DNA of 64,000 nt from positions 4,898,001 through 4,962,000 of the forward strand of contig NC_089435.1 in NCBI RefSeq assembly GCF_026210795.1, in the 5' to 3' direction. The notes under the pieces are model-generated. The model was given only the letters and a program-made list of their open reading frames with translations, made no database searches and was not told the origin of the DNA. This DNA is from Rhizophagus irregularis (lineage: Eukaryota). The position numbers and the translations under genes are program-made. Positions within the stretch are counted from its first letter, which is position 1, and every line of letters starts with the position of its first letter. Positions 42,525 through 53,222 of the stretch are shown in pieces.

Positions 42525-44814
42525 TTAATCTTGGTTTGTATTGTTCCTTGTGATGTTAAGATTATTTAAATTTTGGCCAATTTCATTTTTAACAGCTTGA
42601 AGGAGTTCATTTTTCAAGTTTTGACCAATTTCATTTTTAACAGCTTGAAGAATATCATCTTTAAAAATTTGTGATGATATCCTATTATTATTAGGTGTTG
42701 AAATTACTTCTTGCTCATAATTATAATTATTAGTATTAACTATTGCAGGAGCTGGAATTGTTGGTTCGTGATCACTAGTATTTTCATTTTGGAACGTTTG
42801 CATAATTTCTTGCCCATGATGATCATTGAGTGGAATTATTATTGGTTCATGGTTGGTTGTATTTTCATTTTCGGGTGCTAGTATAATTTCTTGCCCATGA
42901 TGATCATTGACTGGAATTATTATTGGTTCATGGTTGGTTGTATTTTCATTTTCGGGTGTTAGAATTATTTCTTGCTTATGATAGTTATTCTTATTAATTA
43001 TTGGAGGTGGAATTATTATTGGTTTATAATTAGACGTACTTTCATTTCTAGGTATTTGATCAATTTGAATAGTTTCTTGCTCATTATTATTGATATCTTT
43101 TTCATTATTATAAATATCCCTTATGATAGGAAGCTCCTTTTCCTCTTGACTGTAATCATCATTTTCATGAATAATTTTTTGTTTATTTTTATTCCATTTA
43201 TATATCAAGAAACTTCCAACTGATAACAAAATACCACTCAATAAAGATCCCACAACTATACCAGCTATATTACCTGAATTATTTGGTGGTGGTGAAGAAG
43301 AAAGTGAAGGCGAAGATGAAGGCGAAGGTGGTGGCGAAGGTGGTGGTAATGGTGGTAGTGTTGATGGTGGTGGCGATGGCATTTTTGGATCAAATATTGT
43401 TGTCCATATATATTCTTCATTATTACTAATATCAAGCAATAATATATCACTTTCAACTGTTTTATCATAACCTTCTCCTGTTAAATCAAATTGTTTTTGT
43501 TAAAACTAGTTATCTGCTTAAGTAATAATTTAAGGAATATTATATTTACCAAATGATACAACCATATATTTTCCAATTACATTTGTTTGATGAAAAGCTC
43601 TAGGCTTTGGGATTTTTCCAGAAATTTTTGGAATGTACCAATTATAATTAGCTAAATCTAATACATAAAGTGAAGTATCTAAATATCCGGGATTTATAAA
43701 ATATCCTCCAAAAATTATGATTCTTTTACCATCTAAACCTGTTAAAAATATATAATGAAAATTTACCATTACTAATATTAAACTTAAATAATAATCATAG
43801 CGTTCTTGTTTGATTACATACCAAGAACAGCGGAAAAACCACCTCTATTAGAAGGGATTTTTCCTAATGCTACCTAAATTTAATAATTGAAATTAATTCA
43901 CAAAAATTTTCATCATAATAATATGCATAACTTACTTTTGTATCCCAATTGTCATTAATCATATCATATACATAAATCTACAAATAATTTATAATTAATT
44001 AGATTATTTTTTTAGAAAAAAAAAATTTATATATTTAGTAAATATACCTCACTTAATGTTAAAGCAGCTCCTTTAACAATATTCAAAGTATTAGTATCAA
44101 AACTAGTAGTAGCATCATTACCGCCTAAACAAAAAGTGTTCATTAATAAAATAACAAATATATTTAAATAAATATAATATGTCGCTTACCCATATAAATA
44201 ATTTTATTGTTAGGTAATAAAATGGCCCCATAATCAGTTCTTGGAGTTGGAGCATTAATTATACTTCCTTTACTCCAATTAAGATTTATTGTATCTAAAA
44301 TAAGCATGTCATTTACAAAATCAGTATTTGTGCACCCACCCCATAAATACATCCTTCCGTCGTTATTAATAATGCCTGTTAAACTCCGTTTTCTAATTGT
44401 ATTAACTCCAGCTATCTTTGGAATACTCCATACAATACTTTGTGAATCAAATGTATAAACCAATGCCATTGTTTGATCAGCTGTTAATCCTCCGTATAAA
44501 AATAGAGTATCATTATTTACACCACCTTTAACTGACATTGCAGAAAAATGAAGTGGAACCATATTAATATTTGATAAATCTTGCCATGATAATTCTTGAG
44601 TACTAAATGGTACAGAAACATCAAGATAAAAAAATTCTTTTAGTCCATTGTTGTTTAAACCCAGTCCACCCAAAATATACAATTTATTATCAATAAGTGT
44701 AGCAGTATGACGACTATATACACTTGGTTTAAAGGGCGTCATTTGACAATTTACTTTAACTAATACTTGTAATAGTATCCATAATATGAAGTAAACTGAA
44801 GAATTTCCTGACAT
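42525..44814 (-). CDS. Kelch-repeat type I membrane protein, copy 4; 6 exons, 645 aa
   Basis: Exons 44814-44190, 44124-44048, 43977-43936, 43873-43822, 43738-43550, 43477-42525 join in frame (1938 nt). The tail has an extra tandem duplication (QEIIL.PENENTTNHEPIIIP.NDHHG). Confidence 0.92.
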
Positions 44815-45385
44815 GATCGTAATTTATATAATAGTAAAAATGAATAATATTTTAATATTTAAAGAAAAAAATATTATTCACTTTTTAAAAAAAGAATTTT
44901 ACGGTATTTAAATTTTTAGTGTTACACTTAGCATTAAAAACATGGTTGCATAGAATGGTGGGATCATAATATTCAAGTATTTATTTTTCACAATAATATA
45001 ATTAATGCACACCCACATACCCTATGCAAATTTATTAGCACAATTTCCACATGTATTGCATTGCATAAAACCATAAGATAATAATAACAAATCTAATAAT
45101 GTTAAAACGTTACCCAAATAATTAAATTAATTTTTTGGCTTGAAAATATGTTGTGTAAAAAAAGATGATCCAATAAGAAATAAATTGTTACAACAAGAAT
45201 GAACCTAAATAAATATGCAGTGTATTATCGTGTTAAATTGCATTTGAAAAATTCAAAAATAAATGACTTAAATGCTGATTGAAAAGTCAAGAATTTATCT
45301 TTCAAAAGAATGAATTTTCCTTGCTGATGAAAGTCTTGCGGGTCATGAATATTGATAAATAAACAAAATAGTATAATAATATATA

Positions 45386-45735
45386 CAGTACATCACACGG
45401 ATCACGTGCTTATCATACTCGGTGATCTGCGTAAATAATTTCCTTTTTTGGAAATTTGTACAACGAATTTTCATTTTTACTGAGAATCAAAACTGCCTTT
45501 TTGGGCTGTGTAACGTTGCGCCTATTTCCATAAATGGAAATTCAAGTAAATTTTGGCTGGAATTTATAAAATTTGGCCGAAATTATAGGGCGCGACATAT
45601 AATATGTGACAAATAAGGCTTCGCTGAAAAATTCGTCCCTAGAATAAATAGTAAAATGGAAAACTAGAGGATGGGTAACAATTTAAAGTCACGTGATCCG
45701 CATTTCGCACACTAGTGTATTTTAAGAAATTTTCA
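45386..45735. mobile_element. ~350-bp insertion with degenerate inverted ends
   Basis: Absent from the paralog at ~39650. cggatcacgtg (45398) is mirrored by cacgtgatccg (45690). Exact ends are uncertain. Confidence 0.6.
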
Positions 45736-45887
45736 TATATATATCTTTCACTTTTTGCATAAAATTGGTTAAATATATAATGTGGACCGCGAGGTCGATT
45801 ATCGAAGTTGCATAAAAAACAAAGATCCTTAACAGTAACAAGAGAATGGTTAAAATAATAGTTTCTATGTTAAATTTCTATATCAGG

Positions 45888-46308
45888 GGGCCCGTTAAAG
45901 CGGGGTAGAATCACGCGATTTAAAATTATTATGATTTGATAAATTTTTTATAAACTAAAATTAAAGTGAACTTGAAAATCATTAGATAAGTGTATTTCGG
46001 CCTGCTCCACAAGTTTACTTAGGGAGAAAAAGTGGAAAAAGAACAATGTTTTTGACTTTACATATGAGCAAACGAATTTTGCTGATCATACCCAAAAAAG
46101 GATAGATCAATTTTAACGAAATTGAAAAAGTTGAATAAATCGAAAACGGTGTTCTAAACCTCATTTTGTGCTCTAAGTAAACTTGCAGAACAGGTCAAAA
46201 TGCACTTAGTATATGTTTATTTGGAAGGTTTTATATATAATAAAGAGTTTTATTTAAAAAAAGAAAAATTTCGAAAGTCACGTGATTCTACCCTGCTTTA
46301 ACGGTCCC
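45888..46308. mobile_element. MITE (~421-423 bp), TSD 8 or 10 bp ((c)tatatcag(g))
   Basis: TIR ggg(c/a)ccgttaaagc(g/a)gggtagaatcacg. The empty site tatatcaagtaatatt is at ~39751. An internal motif (caagtttacttag) is shared with a fragment at ~28520-28555. Confidence 0.9.
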
Positions 46309-46752
46309 CTATATCAGGTAATATTATAATGAATTGGATTCCTCATGTATTTATAATTACACCACTAAGAGATTTGTTTGCTGCTGATCGTATTAAAATA
46401 TGCATTTACACAATGTACCGTAATACAAAAATTGGATTTTCACAATTTTGTTCATTTTTGGTCCAAACGGTACACCGTACTATTTTATTTTTAACAATTA
46501 TGGACATGATTCGTCAGGTTCTTAAGAACACATTTATAAACTTTAAGAATTAAAAATTTGCTTTATTCAGTTCAATCTGGCCAAAGAAATGATGTCTATT
46601 ATATGACTATTTTGATACAGTAAACTAGTAAAGCAATAAGAAAACCTTTTCAACCATTTTCTTTTGCTTATTTTTTTCAAATATTTCATAAATATCTTTT
46701 ATTTTAACGCTATTTTAAAAACATTTTACTTATATATTTTATTTATTTACAG

Positions 46753-46913
46753 CCCAGTAAATAGTTTTTGTATAAATTTATACCAAACGGGCTCATTGGC
46801 TCAAAATTAGCTCAAATTTATGCAAAAATTAATCAAAATTTAAGCCAATCTAGAGCCAATTATATATGGATGAGCCCATTTGGTACAAATTTATACAAAA
46901 ACTATTTACTGGG
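46753..46913. mobile_element. CCC-ended MITE (161 bp) with 3-bp TSD CAG
   Basis: 44-bp TIRs with 2 mismatches. The empty site ttacagtatttg is at ~40289. Confidence 0.93.
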
Positions 46914-47851
46914 CAGTATTTGTATTTATGACTTAGAATTAACAAGATTTTCTTTATGAATAAATAATTTTTTATTTTATTTTCATGTTAAAGTGTTAAA
47001 GTAGAGTGATTGTGTAAATACTTACAAATTATTAAAAAGAAAAATAAAAAATTCTTAAAATCTAATTCAGCAAAAGATTTAGTATAGAAGATTTAATTTA
47101 AATAATAAAAAAAACCATTATGTTTAACCAAATTTTCAATTAAAAAAACAATTTATAATACCAAAAAAGATCTAATAATATTATTTAATTATTTTAATAA
47201 ATAAAAAAAAAAGATTTATTAGCGTTCTAATTAAAAAATTTTAACAAAATTTATGAATAACAAAAAATCTGGTTGATTAATCAACCCTTTTTAAGCTTAA
47301 TAAAAGTTGTTCATTTCACAAAATTATACCTAAAAATTAAATATTTACTGGTTAAAAAAAAATCTCCCATTAAAGTATTATTGGAATAAAGAAATTTCTT
47401 TTTTATTATAAAAATTTGTTTTTTTGCGATTTACACAAAAACTACCTAACTAATTAGCTTTTTTAACTTAAGAGATCTTCTTCCTCTCATAAAATTACAT
47501 ATATTTTTATTATTTAAATTGTATTAAGCACCTACTTTTAAGTTCAATCTGGAAGAAAATTACATTTTTGAGACGAACTTTCTTGTATATGCAAAAAGAA
47601 AAAAAAAAATATTGAAATGATGATGACGAATTTCTCATTTTAGCCATGGGGTGATTCAATAATGATCGGTACACAAAATTATTTTAATTAATGATCGACA
47701 AGTGTTGATGTAAAATTGCATAATTACTATTGTATCTAGATTATCAGAATTGCACAAATATAATGTAATGATTAACTTTTTAAGAAGTTATTTTACATTT
47801 AAGTGATATCAATCAAGTATAAAAAGTATCATTTATAAAGTGATGTTTTAA

Positions 47852-47889
<38 letters not shown>
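47852..47889. repeat. (TA)n microsatellite
   Basis: Read directly from the sequence. Confidence 0.9.
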
Positions 47890-48689
47890 TCTGTGTACAT
47901 CTCGGCTAATATATGCTTTTCTTTGTTAAGTTTGAGATTCTTCTGATTTTTGGAGCTTTTATTAGAAGTTTTCACGATCCTATTTATAGTTTAAAGTTCT
48001 TTATAATAATGTAATATAATTAATTATACTTTATAATACGTATTTTTAAAGGTTAAAAAGAAAAAAATAAATTAATAAAAATTTAATTTGGAATTGAAAG
48101 AAATAGCATTTTAAGATAATTTCTTCCCTCGGAATTCAAATTTCTCGTAATGATAGCTTTTTTTGGAAGATCATTTTGGTTGAACCGAGATCTACGCCAT
48201 TTTGCATAACTGCGGTCAATCGGAAATAATATGAATTGACCTAAAAATTAATAAAGTTTTAAGACTAATAATGAAAATATATAATCATTATACTGTATAA
48301 AGATTGAGAAAGTAAAGGAAAATAAAGAATGGACAAAAAGAATAAAATAAAACAGGTCTCTGCTTTTGTTTCAGGCATTCAGCTGATAATAATTTGCGTA
48401 AAAAAAATAACGATAAAAAAATATATATAGTTATCAATAGAAGAAAAATGGGATTTACACAAAGAAATGCAATTAATTGTGAAATTACTAATTATGAATA
48501 GGCTAATATTGTTAATATGTAACAATTTAATTGTAATTTTTTTATTTACAAAATGAATCTCTTTTGAGAAATAAATGATGATGATGCTTTTATTCGACTA
48601 TTTTTGGAGTAATTATAACACTAATTAAAGATTAGTTCGGATGAAAGGACCATCGTCCGCTGACAAATTTTAAATATCACGTGATAGAA

Positions 48690-48860
48690 CCCGTTACAGT
48701 AACAGCAACAAATTTTCTACCCACGTGACCTAAAATATTCATCACATATTTATCTGAGGGACTTGGGTTTTTTTTTTGCCTCACAAAATTATTTTTTTCA
48801 CATACTTTAAATGTCACCGGTCACGTGGGAGTAGAAATTTTTAATTATAAAATTGTTACG
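48690..48860. repeat. Inverted repeat, probable degenerate MITE
   Basis: aaattttctacccacgtgacc versus ggtcacgtgggagtagaaattt. No clear TSD. Confidence 0.45.
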
Positions 48861-50440
48861 GCAACAGATATAATACCCAAATCCCACCAAGGTGACGTCG
48901 GCTACGTACCGGTTTGGTTTTCAGATTTTAGAATTGCAGACTCAATTGCTTTTCGGGTTTTTTTTATAAAATCTTTGTAATTTGTACTGTTACCACGTTC
49001 ACTTTGTGAAATAAAAATAAAAATATAATACCCAATCAAATCTTTTTTTTCCGAATTAATAATTATTAATGATACTCATTATAAAATTTATAATTAATTA
49101 AATAAAAATATTTGTACTTAAAATTTAGATTTTGTTTGTTTGTTAGACTTATAAGTACAATCTTCGTGATACAAAATTAAACATTTTTATTGGTCAAAAT
49201 TAATAATTGAATATTATTGGTTAAAAATCTTACATGAGGTTGCCTCCTTATGAAACTAATATAGATAATATATGTCACTGCCCTTTATCATTTCTACTTT
49301 TATAAATTAGCCAAAGAATACATAATATATTATTAAGGATATTAATAAATTTTATGTAATCAAAAAAATGAAAAGTAAAGCTCTTAAATTAGTATGTTGT
49401 AGTGATTCTAAGAAAAGAAATGTGTAACATTTAACCGTAATTGATACGCACGCCCAAACACGCCCAATATTATAAATTTAAAAAATTCTTATACGCGCAA
49501 AGCGCATATCATTTGCGCAACCTACTAATTTCATATTCACTTTATATATTAATTAAATTAATGATAAGTGCTACTAAGAAAAATGCCGCCTAATTTTTTC
49601 AACGAAATACGCGGGGAATAAAAGTAATGTACGCTGCACCTACTTACATTAATGCACACGCCACAAAAAATGCGCCTCCCTAATATCCAAGTTGGGAAAT
49701 TAAGTTTATAATTCTTTAGGATCTGACCCGAGATGATTCCGTTATATTTCTATAAAAACTCAGTGAACTCATATACTCACATGAAATGTATACTGATTCT
49801 TATTCCAATTAATCCTTTTTACACAAATACAACACTTATTTAAAAGGTGGTTTCTTTCTTTGGGTAATTCTTTAACTTCCGGTTTAAAAATACTATCGAA
49901 CGCCCTTTGTCAAACCATATTAACTAATTAAAGTACAATTTTGAAAAATTCTTTCATCAATTTCATGATTGATTATAAAAAAAATCCATTAGCATGTGAA
50001 AAAAAAAATGAATAGTACTAGTTTTTTAGTTTATTTTTAGTAAATAGGTGTAATTGGTACCTGGAAATTGAGAAAAAATAATGAATACTTTATAGTATCT
50101 AATCGTATATAATAAATCAAAAGAATCTTTTTCATTATATTTTTAAAGTTATACAACATACTACTGTATATCCTGATTTTATAAATAATTTTCTTATAAT
50201 ACCTTTTTCTTTATTATATTATCTGTTATGTATTCTGGAATGTTCTTTGTGCAGAAATATTTCCGTGTTCGTGCGACCATATATTCAAAATATAGTTATT
50301 CATTTGCTATTCATTGAGGAAATAGGTTAAGATTTAGTTAATATATTCTAAAAGATTCAAATGTTATAAATAACTGCTTTGCTCTTTATTTCAAAGTAAT
50401 AGTATAGAATTTCTATATATCGAAAAAAAAAAAATTAAAG

Positions 50441-50656
50441 ATGAACCAACTATCAGTCACTTATTCTATTAATGACCGGACCGATAACTCATCGTCATAT
50501 CGTATTCGTAAACGCCGAATTCAACGAAAACTAAGAAGCAATATATTTGGATTAAATCTTAATATTAGACAAATTAGAACATTACCAACACAAAACATAA
50601 ATAACACTAATTCATTCGCAAACCATTTCTTTAATGGAATTAGTAGTTTTCCTTAA
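50441..50656 (+). CDS. Arg-rich small ORF family, copy 3 (71 aa)
   Basis: ORF track; homologous to 26588 and 32121. Confidence 0.55.
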   Translation: MNQLSVTYSINDRTDNSSSYRIRKRRIQRKLRSNIFGLNLNIRQIRTLPTQNINNTNSFANHFFNGISSFP

Positions 50657-53222
50657 AGTTATTCACTTATTAAATAATTATACTTAGTTCCTACCGTTTA
50701 TTCGAAATCTCGTAGCTTAGTAATTACATTTCGAGATCGATATCGTTCCTTCGCATTTGAAATCTTATTCAAATTTCGTAAATCCATGTCCTATAAAAAA
50801 CACTCATAGTTAATTCAAACGGCAAACGTACAACCATCCGAATACAAATTTACCTATTACTTACCCTTCCACATTTCAAAAAAAAAAAATATTTTTAAGA
50901 TCTTTTATTTCAAGATTAAACCTAACAAACATAAATTATTATGTTTTTTTTTTAATTATAAGTCTTATATATCAATTAATAATTGTTTTTGAAATAGAGG
51001 AAAAAAGTAAGAAATCAAAGAAAATTTTTTGCAAATTAAATTTTTCAGTGAGGTTGATTAAAATTATTTACTGTTAAATCAAATAATCTGAATTAATAAA
51101 AATACCGTATATCACGGGCAATAGTACCTGGTGTCGGTTGACGCTGTGTACGAAATTTTTTATTTATAAATGAAGGGTTTTAAAAACTTGTAGTATATTA
51201 AAAAAATATTTAAATGTGTCGCCTGGGTAAAATTAGATTGTTTAAATAGTATAATCAAAAGCAATGGAAGAAAAAAAGTGGGGGATACTATTATTTTTCA
51301 ATTGAATTTATACAATTTACGATTGAATTTAATAGAATACTTTTAAGGAAATATTCATGTGATGAAAATCGTTGTGTTACATATAGGAGGGGTTAAATCC
51401 CCCTATTATTATTGTTGTCGATAAAAAAGGGAAAATTTGATTTTTTTTTATTATGAATGATGAAAACAGTTCACACAATGAAAAATGAAATGGACCTGGA
51501 CGACTTTATTTGAAAAGTATTTATTATTATTAGTGCAAAATTTTTTTGGTATCATATATTTTACATTAATATTTTATTCTAATATATAATATATAAAAAT
51601 GAAGTTTTAAATGAAGTTTTAAATACAAAAATATTTACAAATTTCCAGTTTTAATAAATTTTTTATTATTTAAATAAATTTATTTATTACATTAAAAATG
51701 TGTAATCATAAAATCTCATATTGTTTAGACTCAAACTCATGGAAAAAACTTTGAAATCAACAAGTTTTTTCAAGTAAATTTTACAATATCAGATATATAA
51801 TTAATTTTACTTAAATCAAAAATAAGTATAACATTTTCATAGTATTTATAATTTATAAAGTTTACTTATAGAATAATTGCTTTATGCGATACAGGTGACA
51901 ATGGTGAATATGTGACAAGTCAATCAACACCTGACGCCTGAGCCCTGAGGCACAGCATGTTAAAAGGAATGAAACATAGGAATGATTTATGAGGTCGAGG
52001 TTCGTCATATCTAGAAAAGCTAAAAAGGCTTGAATTATTTTATTTAAATGATAAATATCACGAGATAAATAAGCTAAAATTGCATTTATTAATACAAAAG
52101 ATTATAAAAAATTAAACAATTTAAGCAACGCACGATTTAAAAATTCAATGAATTCAAAGAAAAATATTAGAATATTAAATGGAATGTGTTTTTTTTCGCG
52201 CCCGCGATATGCCTTTTTTGGTCGATCATTTTGATCACATGACTTCGTTTAGATTTCCTATTTTTAAAAAATCCTGGCGTGAGACCTTATGCACTTACTA
52301 TGTACTATAAGAAACCTTACACTATGCATATTTAGCCTTTCACGGATCCATTCACGGAAAATGTAAATAATCCGTTAAATTCCGTGATATAAAGTTATTA
52401 ATTCCGGAAATATGAGCCTTTTACGGAAAAAAAAGATGGAATAAAAAAACGGATTGACTTTTTTTACAGGGAACGCAGGTGCGATAAAAAACAAAACCCA
52501 TATTAAATTACATAACAGATAAGTAAAAATTCAACAATATCACGATTAAAAAATTAAGAATTGATCATTAATTTAATAATACAAACGAATAAAAAATACA
52601 CAATTAAATAATATAATTTACGATTTCATTCAAGTTCATCAAATAATTGATAAATATATTTTAATAATACGATAATACAAGCTGTTTTTACAATACATTA
52701 AATAATCACAAATTCACCATAATTGAATTTTAATCATCATCGCCTAATAACCTATTTATCGTAAAAAATAATGACGATGAAAATGGGTATTCTTGCAAAC
52801 AACAAATACGTAAATCACTACCCCCATGTAAATTATTACATAAATTCAAAAATAATCAAGATAATCCAAACAACCTTTACACAGTAGCATCTTTATTGGC
52901 TACTACTCATCTAGTACTTTTAGTAATAAGAAAACAAAGAAATATATAACACGTAAAAATATAGAAAACACGGAACGTGACATTTATATTTTATTTAATT
53001 TTATTACATAATAAAATTTTAGCATTTATTACATAATATTTTAGGGTGAATATAACATAAGATTTATATATTATGTGGGATGGGGGTTAAGACTTATAAC
53101 AAATGGATGTTACGTAATAAATGTCGCCGCACTTACAATAAGTTGCTTAATTTCGTATAATCGACCAATTTCGTAGTTTATTTTATATATTGTCCCCGAG
53201 TCAGATTTCAAATTTGGGAAAG

